Below, piece after piece: positions 54,927 through 64,000 of a stretch of DNA of 64,000 bases; position 1 is the stretch's first letter, and every line of letters starts with the position of its first letter. The position numbers and the translations under genes are program-made. This DNA comes from Dehalococcoidales bacterium (lineage in GTDB: Bacteria; Chloroflexota; Dehalococcoidia; Dehalococcoidales; RBG-16-60-22): NCBI GenBank assembly GCA_050014355.1, contig JBEKDL010000002.1, positions 2,503-66,502 on the forward strand. Direction: 5' to 3'. Below the pieces are notes generated by a model. That model did no database searches. It saw only the letters and a list, made by a program, of their open reading frames with translations, and was not told where the DNA came from.

Positions 54927-55721
54927 ATGTTGCAAGTAAACAACATCGAAGTCTTTTACATGAACGTTATCCAGGTACTGCGCGGCGTATCGCTGGAGGT
55001 GGGCGACGGGCAAATTGTCGCTCTGCTGGGAGCTAACGGCGGCGGCAAAACGACGGTGCTGAAGGCAATATCCGGGATGTTGAAAACGGAGGAGGGAGAA
55101 GTAACCAACGGCAGCATCGTCTTTAACGGCCAGCGCATCGACAGAAAAGGGCCGGAGGACATCGCGGTGCTCGGCATCAGCCAGGTGATGGAGGGGCGGA
55201 GGGTGTTGGGGCACCTTAACGTCGAAGAAAATCTGCTTATCGGGGCTTACCGCCGCAAGGACCGCTCCGCTGTTAAGAAGGACCTGGAGATGGTTTTCGA
55301 TTATTTCCCCAAGATTAAGAATTTCCGGCGCCGGACGAGCGGCTATCTCTCCGGCGGGGAACAGCAGATGATGGTCATCGGCCGGGGGCTCATGGCCATT
55401 CCCGAGCTTATGCTGCTGGACGAACCTTCACTCGGTCTGGCCCCGCTGATGGTGCAGGAAATATTCGAGATTATACGCCGTATCAATACGGAGCAGAAAA
55501 TGTCCATTCTCCTGGTGGAGCAGAATGTCCGGGCGGCGCTCGGTATCGCCCATCACGGTTATGTCATGGAGAACGGCAGGATTGTCATGGAGGGACCGGC
55601 CGATAAGTTGAGGAATAATGAGGACGTCAGGGAATTTTATATGGGGCTGTCGGCCGTGGGTTCACAGAGAAGCTATCGCGACGTCAAGCATTACCGGCGG
55701 AGGAAGAGATGGCTAGCCTAG
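54927..55721 (+). CDS. ABC transporter ATP-binding protein (LivF-like)
   Basis: ATG 54927 (MLQVNNIEVFY). It has GANGGGKTT, LSGGEQQM and LLDEPSLGL, plus a basic C-terminal tail, KHYRRRKRWLA. Confidence 0.85.
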   Translation: MLQVNNIEVFYMNVIQVLRGVSLEVGDGQIVALLGANGGGKTTVLKAISGMLKTEEGEVTNGSIVFNGQRIDRKGPEDIAVLGISQVMEGRRVLGHLNVEENLLIGAYRRKDRSAVKKDLEMVFDYFPKIKNFRRRTSGYLSGGEQQMMVIGRGLMAIPELMLLDEPSLGLAPLMVQEIFEIIRRINTEQKMSILLVEQNVRAALGIAHHGYVMENGRIVMEGPADKLRNNEDVREFYMGLSAVGSQRSYRDVKHYRRRKRWLA

Positions 55722-57679
55722 CGGTCAGGCCAGGCGGGTTCGTTCCCGGGACCGAGCGGGTCGGACAGGAAAAGGGTGAGACCTGGCCCCAGATACTGAA
55801 ATATAACTATGAAAAGTATGGAGATGAACATATCGCCATACGCTATAAGCGCCGCGGCATCTGGCAGGCATCCAGCTGGAAAGACTACTATCTCGAGGTC
55901 AAGTATCTCGCGCTTGGCCTCTTATCGCTGGGGTTCCAACCGGGGGACAAGTTGCTGGTCATCGGCGATAATGCTCCCCAGTGGTATTATGCGGAGTTAG
56001 CTGCCCAGGCCAACCACGGCGTTTCGGTAGGGCTGTATTCCGACCTGACGCCGCAGGAAATAAAATATATCGCTGCTAATTCCGAATCCAGATTTGCCGT
56101 GGTGGAAGACCAGGAGCAGGTCGATAAGTTCCTCCAGATTAAAAGTGAGCTTCCCGGGCTGGAGAAAATTATCTACTGGCGCTATAAAGGCATATCCGGA
56201 TACAATGACGCTTCCTTGATGGGCTATCGGCAGGTACAGGAAACAGGACAAAAATATGAAGCCGAGCACCCCGGGGTATTTGAGCAGAATATCGCCGACG
56301 GGAAAGCCAGCGACGTTTGCGCCATTGTTTATACTTCCGGGACGACCGGTGATGTGCCCAAGGGCGCCGTCCACACCTACGCGACGCTGCAACCGGGGGC
56401 GGAATATTTCCTGCATCTCGACCCGTGGTATGATAATGATAATATCGCCACTTACATGCCGCCGGCCTGGATAACCGAGCAGTGGCTGGGCATCGGGTGC
56501 CATCTGCTATCCGGCGGTATATTGAACTTCGCGGAGAGGCCGGAGACACAACAGCAGGACATCCGGGAGATAGGACCGGATATTATATTTTACAGCTCGC
56601 GTATCTGGGAGCGGCAGGCGGTCACGGTACAGGCAAGGATGCAGGGCGCCGATTTCTTTAAAAAGATGGTTTACCGCCTGTTCATGCCGGTAGGCTATAG
56701 ACTGGCCGATGCCAGGTTGAAACGGCAAAAACCCGGCGTCTTAGATAAAATACTTTATCCCCTGGCTGATTTGCTGGTATTGAGACCCCTGCGGGATAAT
56801 CTCGGCCTGCCAAACGCCCGGGTCTGTTACGCTATCGCCTCCCCGCTAAGCCCGGAGGCGATCAGGTTCTACCACGCCTTGAATGTGCCCCTGAAAAACC
56901 ACTACGGCCTGACGGAAGGCGGCACGGTCTCCTGCTCCCGCACAGATGATATCAAACTGGAGACAGTCGGCACCATTCCCCGTGGGGCGGAGGTAAGGAT
57001 TACCGGCCGCGGTGAGCTTCTCTGCCGGCAGCCCGGCGTTTTTCAGGGCTATTACCGCGACCCCGTTAAGACGGCCGCATCTTTAAAAGACGGCTGGTTT
57101 TACAGCGGAGATAGCGCCCTTATCAATGAAGAGGGGCACGTGGTCTTTTTAGACAGATTGAAAGACCTTGTCGAGATGAGCTGCGGTGACAGACTGGCCC
57201 CCCAGCTGATTGAAAGCCAGCTCAAGTTCAGTCCGTACATCAGGGACGCCTGGGTGCTGGCCGGGCCGGAGAAGGCTTATGTCTCGGCCATCATTATCAT
57301 CGACTTCGATAATGTCAGCCGGTGGGCCGATCGCAAACGCGTTAATTACACCACTTTCAACGATCTGTCCCAAAAACCGGAAGTCTACGAGCTTATCCGG
57401 CAGGAAATCGAAAGGACGAACAGGTCCCTCGCGCCGGGCTGCCGCATCATGAAGTATACGAACCTGCACAAGGAGTTTGACCCGGACGAGTCCGAACTGA
57501 CTCGCAACCGGAAACTGAAAAGGCAGTTTATCGAGGAGCGCTACCGCGAAGTTATCCGGGCGATATACAGCGATAAGACCGAGGCCGCCATCGAAGCGCA
57601 AATAAAATACCGTGACGGAAGGACGGGTACAATCACGACTGTTATCGGCATTAAATCGGTCGGGGAGTTAAAGGAATGA
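55709..57679 (+). CDS. Long-chain-type AMP-dependent acyl-CoA synthetase embedded in the ABC operon
   Basis: 656 aa with YTSGTTGDVPKG and GWFYSGD. It overlaps livF by 13 nt and livH by 4 nt. Confidence 0.85.
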   Translation: MASLAVRPGGFVPGTERVGQEKGETWPQILKYNYEKYGDEHIAIRYKRRGIWQASSWKDYYLEVKYLALGLLSLGFQPGDKLLVIGDNAPQWYYAELAAQANHGVSVGLYSDLTPQEIKYIAANSESRFAVVEDQEQVDKFLQIKSELPGLEKIIYWRYKGISGYNDASLMGYRQVQETGQKYEAEHPGVFEQNIADGKASDVCAIVYTSGTTGDVPKGAVHTYATLQPGAEYFLHLDPWYDNDNIATYMPPAWITEQWLGIGCHLLSGGILNFAERPETQQQDIREIGPDIIFYSSRIWERQAVTVQARMQGADFFKKMVYRLFMPVGYRLADARLKRQKPGVLDKILYPLADLLVLRPLRDNLGLPNARVCYAIASPLSPEAIRFYHALNVPLKNHYGLTEGGTVSCSRTDDIKLETVGTIPRGAEVRITGRGELLCRQPGVFQGYYRDPVKTAASLKDGWFYSGDSALINEEGHVVFLDRLKDLVEMSCGDRLAPQLIESQLKFSPYIRDAWVLAGPEKAYVSAIIIIDFDNVSRWADRKRVNYTTFNDLSQKPEVYELIRQEIERTNRSLAPGCRIMKYTNLHKEFDPDESELTRNRKLKRQFIEERYREVIRAIYSDKTEAAIEAQIKYRDGRTGTITTVIGIKSVGELKE

Positions 57680-58569
57680 CCTTCTTTCTGCAGTTAGTGG
57701 TATCCGGGGTCGGACTGGGCATGATTTATGCTCTGATCGCTCTCGGTTTTGTCATCATCCTCAAATGTTCCAAGGCTTTTAATATTGCCCAGGGACAGTT
57801 CGTGATGTTAGGCGGTTACCTGGGTTTTACTTTCCTGCTGAACTTCCATCTTCCGGCCTGGATCAGCCTGCTGGCAGCTATCGCTATCGGGGTTGTTTTA
57901 GGTTTGGCAATAGAGCGTCTGGCCTTACGTCCCCTGGTAGGCCAATCGGTGCTGTCTGTTATCATGATGACCATCGCCTTGTCTACGGTTTTGGAAGGGG
58001 TAGGCGTCCTGATATGGGGAGGTATATATGAGCCGTACAAGGGAGGGCTTCCGACTTTTAGCCTACCTCCCGTGGGGGGCGTCTCCATCTCGCCAGAGAC
58101 ATTAGATGGGATTATTCTTTCGGCGATAGTCGTGATTGCGCTGATGGGTATTTTCCGTTACACCAAGATCGGGCTGGCGATGCGGGCCACCGCCGAGGAT
58201 GAAAAAGTAGTACAGAGTGTCGGCATCAAGGTGACCACTGTTTATGCCATATCCTGGGTAATTGCCTGTGTCGTCGGCGTTGTCAGCGGCATGCTTTTAT
58301 ACAGCATTTCGGGGGTTCAGCAAACCATGTCTGATATCGGCTTGAAGGCGTTTGCTGTAGTGCTGCTGGGAGGGGTAGACTCCATCGGCGGGGCGATAAT
58401 CGCCGGGATTATCCTGGGCATACTGGAGAATGTCGCGCCAGGGTATCTGGATCCACTTTTACCAAGCGGCGGCGGCCTGGCCAATGTTTTCCCCTTTATT
58501 GTCATGATAGTCGTACTAATTTTCAAGCCCCACGGTCTCTTCGGCACGGCCAGGATTGAAAGGATTTAA
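57676..58569 (+). CDS. ABC transporter permease (LivH-like)
   Basis: 297 aa and multi-pass, with a typical LivH start, QLVVSGVGLGMIYALIALGF. Confidence 0.85.
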   Translation: MTFFLQLVVSGVGLGMIYALIALGFVIILKCSKAFNIAQGQFVMLGGYLGFTFLLNFHLPAWISLLAAIAIGVVLGLAIERLALRPLVGQSVLSVIMMTIALSTVLEGVGVLIWGGIYEPYKGGLPTFSLPPVGGVSISPETLDGIILSAIVVIALMGIFRYTKIGLAMRATAEDEKVVQSVGIKVTTVYAISWVIACVVGVVSGMLLYSISGVQQTMSDIGLKAFAVVLLGGVDSIGGAIIAGIILGILENVAPGYLDPLLPSGGGLANVFPFIVMIVVLIFKPHGLFGTARIERI

Positions 58570-58577
58570 AAAAACCT

Positions 58578-59621
58578 ATGAGTTTACCGAGCGGCATATT
58601 TCAGGGAAGCTTCGGACAGGATATGGCTATCTTCCGCACCAAAACGCAGTGGCTTTTACTACTGCTTTTACTGGTCTTTGTCTTTACCATGCCTTTGTAC
58701 TCCAGCGACAAGACCATCACCACAGTAACTATCATAGGTATCACGATAATCTCGGTACTGGGGCTGAATATTCTCACCGGCTATTGCGGGCAAATATCGA
58801 TGGGCCACGCCGGTTTTATGGCCGTCGGCGGCTATACCGCGGCCGTTCTCATGGCCAAACTGCATTTACCATTTTTGGTTTCCGTGCCGGCCGCCGGCCT
58901 GGGTGCCGGTATCGTGGGCATTATCTTCGGTCTCCCATCGCTGAAAATCAAAGGTTTTTACCTGATAATGTCCACCATCGCCGCCCAGTTTATTGTGATA
59001 TGGCTCATTATCCAGATGCGCGGCGTAACCGGCGGAGCGGATGGTATGTCCGTGCCCCGGCCGGAAATTTTCGGGCTTGCCATCACCAGTAAAGCCAGTT
59101 ATTTTATTCTGGTTATGATTTTAACTTGTCTGGCGACTTATTTAGCCAAAAATATCGTCCGCACCAGGGTCGGGCGGGCTTTTATCGCCATCCGTGATAA
59201 CGACCTTGCCGCTGAAGTCATGGGCGTAAACCTCTTGTATTATAAGTTGACCGCATTTTTCATCGGTTGTGTTTATGCCGGTGTGGCCGGTTCGTTGATG
59301 GTAAATTACATCCACTTCGCTAATACAGAGCAGTTCCCCTTCATTAACTCGGTCTGGTATCTGGGAATGCTCATTGTCGGGGGTATGGGAAGCACGGTGG
59401 GCGTTATCTTCGGCGTGGTGGCTATCAAGCTGCTGGAACAGTTAGCAACGACCATCGGTCCGGTGCTGGCGAATATCTTCGTGCCCCAGGTGGCGGCCTC
59501 GCTCGCTCTTATCTTGGATGGGCTAGTCATTATCCTGTTCCTTATCTTTGAGCCTAGAGGACTGGCCCACCGTTGGGAGATGATTAAAGCTTATTACAGG
59601 CGTTGGCCTTTCTCACAATAA
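58578..59621 (+). CDS. ABC transporter permease (LivM-like)
   Basis: 347 aa and multi-pass, with GYCGQISMGHAGFMAVGGY typical of LivM. Confidence 0.85.
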   Translation: MSLPSGIFQGSFGQDMAIFRTKTQWLLLLLLLVFVFTMPLYSSDKTITTVTIIGITIISVLGLNILTGYCGQISMGHAGFMAVGGYTAAVLMAKLHLPFLVSVPAAGLGAGIVGIIFGLPSLKIKGFYLIMSTIAAQFIVIWLIIQMRGVTGGADGMSVPRPEIFGLAITSKASYFILVMILTCLATYLAKNIVRTRVGRAFIAIRDNDLAAEVMGVNLLYYKLTAFFIGCVYAGVAGSLMVNYIHFANTEQFPFINSVWYLGMLIVGGMGSTVGVIFGVVAIKLLEQLATTIGPVLANIFVPQVAASLALILDGLVIILFLIFEPRGLAHRWEMIKAYYRRWPFSQ

Positions 59622-59708
59622 AAAGGAATAACATGGAAAGGAGGTGGTAGATTCAAATAAACACAATTGAAATCGAAGCTAGACCGAATTTAAATGGAAG
59701 GAGAGAAA

Positions 59709-61007
59709 ATGTCTAAAATCAAGTATTTATTAGTATTTACGCTATTGATTCTGGTATCGATGTCCGTACTTACCGCCTGTACTTCAACGAAGACAACGAC
59801 AACGACAACTACCTCGACAACGGCAGCCGCGCAAACGATGTACATCGGCGGCACCTTCGCGATAACGGGCGCTTACGCCGAGGATACTACCGCAGTCCTT
59901 AACGGCTTCCTGGATTATGCGAAATATGTCAATGATAACCACATTATCGCCCCCTGGTACACCGATAGGACACTCCCCAGCAATGTAACCGTACAGGTGC
60001 TCTGGGGCGACGACCAGCTCGCGGCGGATAAAGCCCTGACTATCTATGATGACCTCAAATCCAAGGGTCTCCTGGTGGAGAGGGTAAGTTCTACCGCGGA
60101 AGGCCTGGCGCTGAAAGAAAAAATGAATTCGGACCGTGTTGGCGCCACCAGCCAGGCTACTTCACCGGCTTATCTCTCCCCGCCGGAAACTATCTTCACC
60201 AACGCCCCGATTTATACCGATTCTCTGGCCGGGGCGGCCGATTGGTTTATGCAGAACTGGAAAGGCACCGCTAAGCCCAGGGTAGCTTACCTCACCGCCG
60301 ATATGGCCTCGGGCAGGTCCATCGATATTCCGGAAATGCAGGCTTATCTGGAGAAGGCCGGATTTGAGTTCGCCGGTAAGCAGTTCCCACCGCTGGTTCC
60401 GACCACGCCGCCGACCACCCAGCTTTCATGGTTAAAGGATAACAAAGTTGACCTGGCAATTGGCTTTATGGTTAACGGCGGTTCGCAGCCAACCATCAAG
60501 GAAGCGGTCAGGCTGGGCATGGGTACCGACCAGCCCTACAAGATAACCTTCGCTTTCGCTAACCCGTCCCACCTCCAGATATTTGTCCCCGCTATGGGCA
60601 CCACGGGCAACGGCGTCGTGGTCACCGGCGATTTCGTTGCCTGGGAATCCAACGTCGCTGGCGTCCAGTTCGCCAATGCTTTGAACGCCAAGTACCGCGC
60701 CGGTAACCCGGTCACGAACATCATGTACCTGGATGGCATCATCGAGGGGATGACCCAGGTCGAAGCCCAGAGACTGGCCATGGCCCAGACCGGCAAGACG
60801 GTGTCCCAGTTGAAACCGGTTGATGTCCTGGAATATGGCTACTACAACATCAAGGACTTCAGCGATGGTGATATCACCATCACGCCATTAAACTATGGCC
60901 CTGGTCAGGTTTGTGGTGTGAGTAAAGTCCGCATTCAACAGGTACAGAACGGCAAGATTGTTGAAGTCGGCTCTGCCCCGCTCCATAACATCTACAAGCA
61001 CGAATAG
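59709..61007 (+). CDS. ABC transporter substrate-binding lipoprotein (type I periplasmic binding fold)
   Basis: ATG 59709 with a GGAAGGAGAG RBS. It has the lipobox LTAC followed by a poly-Thr linker, TKTTTTTTTSTT. Confidence 0.75.
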   Translation: MSKIKYLLVFTLLILVSMSVLTACTSTKTTTTTTTSTTAAAQTMYIGGTFAITGAYAEDTTAVLNGFLDYAKYVNDNHIIAPWYTDRTLPSNVTVQVLWGDDQLAADKALTIYDDLKSKGLLVERVSSTAEGLALKEKMNSDRVGATSQATSPAYLSPPETIFTNAPIYTDSLAGAADWFMQNWKGTAKPRVAYLTADMASGRSIDIPEMQAYLEKAGFEFAGKQFPPLVPTTPPTTQLSWLKDNKVDLAIGFMVNGGSQPTIKEAVRLGMGTDQPYKITFAFANPSHLQIFVPAMGTTGNGVVVTGDFVAWESNVAGVQFANALNAKYRAGNPVTNIMYLDGIIEGMTQVEAQRLAMAQTGKTVSQLKPVDVLEYGYYNIKDFSDGDITITPLNYGPGQVCGVSKVRIQQVQNGKIVEVGSAPLHNIYKHE

Positions 61008-61018
61008 CTGTAAGTTCT

Positions 61019-61048
61019 CCGGGGGCTCTATTACCGTGGGGCCCCCGG
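61019..61048 (+). terminator. GC-rich hairpin after the ABC operon (CCGGGGGC...GCCCCCGG)
   Basis: 8-bp stem read directly, with no clear T-run after it. Confidence 0.4.
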
Positions 61049-61145
61049 GGAAACCGACATCTCGCCGGCTACCCGGCTGTTTTGATGTCGGGCTATATCT
61101 ACGAGTATAATAGTAGCGTGCCTGTTGACGGCTAAGGAGCGAAAA

Positions 61146-62987
61146 ATGGCCGGCGGCTACATGGGCAAGCTACTCTTTGTCGACCTGACTACGGGCAAAA
61201 TAAAAGAAGAAACTCCTGGGGAAAGCCTGTACCGGGATTTCATCGGGGGATACGGCATCGGGGCCAGGATTCTTTACAGCCGCCAGAAAGCCGGCGCTGA
61301 CCCTCTCGGGCCTGAAAATACCCTCGGACTGATTACCGGCCCGCTTACCGGCACCCCGGCTACTTTCGGCTGCCGCTGGGTAGCCGTCAGCAAGTCGCCG
61401 CTAACCGGCGGCTGGGGCGACTCCAACTGCGGCGGCTATTTCGGGCCGTATCTCAAGTTTGCCGGCTACGATGGTGTCTTTATTTCCGGAGTATCGGCGA
61501 AGCCGGTCTACCTCTTAATCGATAACGGCAAAGCTGTCATCAAGGATGGTTCTCATCTCTGGGGGAAAAACACCCTTGAAACCGAGGAAACCCTGGAGGC
61601 GGAATATGGCCCGGAGGCCAGGGCTATTTGCATCGGCCCGGCCGGGGAAAGGGTAGCCCGCCTTGCCTGCATTATCAACAACCGCCATGATACCGCCGGC
61701 CGCGCTGGCATGGGGGCGGTCATGGGTTCCAAGAGGCTCAAGGCGGTAGTGGCGCGGGGAAATATTAAAGTGCCTGTCGCTGACCCTGAAGCGGCCGACA
61801 TGTTAAGAAAAGAGCACATCGCCGAGGGTAAAGAATGGTTTGCCCGTTTTGGTATTTACGGCACCGCCAGCCACGCGGCGGATTCGGCCCACAGCGGCGA
61901 TTCTCCCGTGAAAAACTGGGGTGGCGTTGGGGCTATCGAAATGCCCGATAACTCCGGTCTGAATAAAGAAATTGTCAGGGCTTGCGTCGATAAAAGAAGC
62001 GGTTGCTGGCACTGCCCCTCGGCCTGTAAAGCCACGCTGAAAATGGGCCCGCCGGAATTCCCGTATCCAGTCGGCGCCCAGAGGCCGGAGTATGAATCGA
62101 CGGCCGCTTTCGGGGCGATGTGCCTCGTGACCGATTACCATGCCATTATTTTAGCTAACCATTTATGTAATCTCTACGGACTGGATACCATCTCCACCGG
62201 CACGGCCATCGGCTTCGCCATGGAATGCTACGAGCATCGCATTATTACACCAAAAGACACCGGCGGCATCGAGCTGACCTGGGGTAACGCCGAAGCTATA
62301 CCCGCCATGGTAGAAAAGATAGCCCGGCGCGAAGATATCGGCGATGCCCTGGCTGACGGCGTCAGGATAGCTGCCGAAAAAATCGGCCGGAGCGCTAAAA
62401 AATACGCCGTACATATCGGGGGACAGGAACTCGGTCTCCATGACCCCAAAAGCTGCGGTTTCATGGCTTACCGCGGCAAACCGATGATGGCCATGTACCA
62501 GATGGACGCCACCCCCGGCCGCCACACCACCGGATTCGGTCCGCCTCAATTCATGGGGTATGTCCTTAACGCCGCCGGAGTGTGCCTGCACAGCAATATC
62601 GGTATCACTGACCCCCATAAATACCTGGCGGGGTTTTTAAGCGCCGTCACCGGCTATCGCCGCTCCATCAGCGAACTGGAGAAGGCGGGTGAGAGGATTG
62701 GCAACATGAGGCATGTTTTTTCTTTACGCGAGGGCGACGTGCCCATTAAGCGCTTTGTCCACCCCCGTATAGCCGGCCGCCCGCCCTTTAAAGAGGGTCC
62801 GCTGGCCGGCGTGACGGTGGACATGGAAGCCCAGGCATACTGGAACCTCGGCGCTCTGGACTGGGACCCGGTTTCCAACGTGCCAAGCCGGAAAAAGCTG
62901 CTGGAGCTCGGACTGGACGACATCGCCGAGGAGCTATGGCCGCCGGAAAAAAGGCCCGGTCCTGCCGGCATCAAGCCAATGAGCTAG
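61146..62987 (+). CDS. aor: Tungsten-type aldehyde:ferredoxin oxidoreductase
   Basis: ATG 61146 with an AAGGAG RBS. The N-terminal GKLLFVDLTTGKI (AFOR_N) and the cluster/pterin region GCWHCPSAC are present. Confidence 0.9.
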   Translation: MAGGYMGKLLFVDLTTGKIKEETPGESLYRDFIGGYGIGARILYSRQKAGADPLGPENTLGLITGPLTGTPATFGCRWVAVSKSPLTGGWGDSNCGGYFGPYLKFAGYDGVFISGVSAKPVYLLIDNGKAVIKDGSHLWGKNTLETEETLEAEYGPEARAICIGPAGERVARLACIINNRHDTAGRAGMGAVMGSKRLKAVVARGNIKVPVADPEAADMLRKEHIAEGKEWFARFGIYGTASHAADSAHSGDSPVKNWGGVGAIEMPDNSGLNKEIVRACVDKRSGCWHCPSACKATLKMGPPEFPYPVGAQRPEYESTAAFGAMCLVTDYHAIILANHLCNLYGLDTISTGTAIGFAMECYEHRIITPKDTGGIELTWGNAEAIPAMVEKIARREDIGDALADGVRIAAEKIGRSAKKYAVHIGGQELGLHDPKSCGFMAYRGKPMMAMYQMDATPGRHTTGFGPPQFMGYVLNAAGVCLHSNIGITDPHKYLAGFLSAVTGYRRSISELEKAGERIGNMRHVFSLREGDVPIKRFVHPRIAGRPPFKEGPLAGVTVDMEAQAYWNLGALDWDPVSNVPSRKKLLELGLDDIAEELWPPEKRPGPAGIKPMS

Positions 62988-63048
62988 ACAATTATCCGGG
63001 GTCTATTCCGTTTGTCTATAGATAAGAGGTATCATATTGAATAATATC

Positions 63049-64000
63049 ATGCATGTCGCGCCGGATTACTGGCATCACCTTTTCTCTCCCGCTTCGGTGG
63101 CGGTAATCGGGGCATCCAACACGCCGGGGTCGTGGGGGAACAACGCGATGAAGGGTGTCCTCTACGCCGGGGACAAGCGCGTTTATCCGGTCAACCCCAA
63201 CTCCCCGGAAGTCCTGGGCAAGACGGCCTATAAAAGCATCGTGGATATACCGGATATCATCGACCTGGCGGTGATTGTTGTGCCGGAAAGGCTCGTGCCC
63301 GGTGTGATGCGCGAATGCGCCGCCAAAGAGGTTAAAGCGGCCATCATCATTACTTCCGGGTTCGCCGAGACCGGCGAGGCCGGGCGTAAGGTGGAGATGG
63401 AGGTAACGGAAATCGCTAGGCAGGGCGGTATCCGCTTCGTCGGGCCGAACAGTATGGGCCACGCCGATACGACCTCGCGGATGTCTACCTTCGGCCAGAT
63501 GATGGAATTTCCCAGCGGTCCCGTGGCCGTACTTTCCCAGAGCGGAAGCACCTGTATGAAAATGGTACGCGCTTTAGCGGAGGTGGGCGTATCTTGCAGT
63601 AAATACGTCAGCACCGGCAATGAGGCCGATTTGTGCCTGGAAGACTATTTAGAGTATCTGGCCGGCGACGAAAGTACCAGGTTAATCGCCGCTTACATCG
63701 AAGGCCTGCGCGATGGCCGGCGCTTTTTCAATCTGGCTAAAGAGATAACGAAGAAAAAACCGATAGTCGTAGTAAAGGTGGGTTGCACTGAAGAATCCGC
63801 CCGGGCGGTCATGTCCCATACCGGCGCGCTGGCCGGCTCCGATGCTGTCTATACGGCAGCCTTCAAACAGTCCGGCGTCATCCGGGCGGAGGACGATGAT
63901 GAACTATGCGATGTGGTTTATGCTCTGCTTAACAGCCCCTTGCCCCCCAATAACCGCGTGGGTATCCTGACCATCGGGGGAGGGCAGGGAGCGCTGACAT
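63049..64000 (+). CDS. NDP-forming acyl-/acetyl-CoA synthetase (CoA-binding plus succinyl-CoA-synthetase-like domains), 3' end outside window
   Basis: Frame 1 is open from ATG 63049 to the window end. It reads MHVAPDYWHHLFSPASVAVIGASNTPGSWG...AIIITSGFAETG...RFVGPNSMG. It is absent from the ORF track because no stop lies in the window. Confidence 0.8.
   Translation, partial: MHVAPDYWHHLFSPASVAVIGASNTPGSWGNNAMKGVLYAGDKRVYPVNPNSPEVLGKTAYKSIVDIPDIIDLAVIVVPERLVPGVMRECAAKEVKAAIIITSGFAETGEAGRKVEMEVTEIARQGGIRFVGPNSMGHADTTSRMSTFGQMMEFPSGPVAVLSQSGSTCMKMVRALAEVGVSCSKYVSTGNEADLCLEDYLEYLAGDESTRLIAAYIEGLRDGRRFFNLAKEITKKKPIVVVKVGCTEESARAVMSHTGALAGSDAVYTAAFKQSGVIRAEDDDELCDVVYALLNSPLPPNNRVGILTIGGGQGALT

Noticed and set aside
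59760-59830. Run of ACG/ACA codons (poly-Thr, TKTTTTTTTSTT) in the binding-protein gene as a possible nucleotide repeat of interest.
   Set aside because: It is in frame and sits directly after the lipobox Cys. This is a normal flexible linker of lipoproteins, not an independent element.
1-64000. tRNA, rRNA, tmRNA, RNase P or known riboswitch genes in intergenic regions.
   Set aside because: No cloverleaf-compatible segment or recognisable conserved RNA motif was found by eye in any gap. This is a weak negative, and tRNAscan or Infernal would be needed to be certain.

Overview
This is a 64 kb, compact, mostly GC-rich bacterial chromosome segment. I saw no rRNA, tRNA, CRISPR array, transposase or integrase by eye. 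All family calls come from reading motifs; nothing was searched.

The gene content suggests a strictly anaerobic organotroph, possibly Chloroflexota/Dehalococcoidia-like. The relevant genes are a radical acyl-CoA dehydratase with its activase, an aldehyde:ferredoxin oxidoreductase, an NDP-forming acyl-CoA synthetase, a cytoplasmic Mo/W enzyme and many CoA ligases. The taxonomic guess is low-confidence inference.

Layout:
1. 1-14.2 kb is housekeeping: the argJ-argB-argD-(unknown membrane protein)-argG-argH operon, rpmB, a yloV/degV pair plus a decayed second degV, and recG.
2. 14.3-21.7 kb holds a small membrane-protein gene frameshifted by a perfect 19-bp tandem duplication. It is followed by an acyl-CoA ligase divergent from a two-subunit 2-hydroxyacyl-CoA-dehydratase-type enzyme plus activase, and then a stand-alone cytoplasmic molybdopterin enzyme.
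3. 21.8-24.8 kb holds rsfS, ndk, a HAD phosphatase, a PaaI thioesterase and thiL.
4. 24.8-27.25 kb is a sharply AT-rich three-gene island of unknown function.
5. 27.3-36.6 kb is membrane, ion and signalling genes: a VTT/DedA-like protein, a metallophosphoesterase, an HD-GYP-type response regulator, a SHOCT protein, a multi-domain CopA, an orphan KaiC/RecA-like ATPase and a Kef-type antiporter.
6. 36.6-64 kb is a large catabolic supercluster:
   - crotonase, amidohydrolase, an OYE-GltD fusion reductase, a CoA-transferase and an MFS transporter;
   - an AprAB-like flavoprotein interrupted by an in-frame TAA;
   - an esterase, then a URO-D-like gene followed by four copies of an uncharacterised cupin-like module and a ferredoxin;
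   - a LuxR regulator with a 22-bp palindrome;
   - a Liv-type ABC transporter with an embedded acyl-CoA synthetase;
   - AOR and an NDP-forming acyl-CoA synthetase.

The strongest candidates for something undescribed are the URO-D/cupin-module/ferredoxin operon and the AT-rich three-gene island. Neither can be assigned a function from sequence alone.
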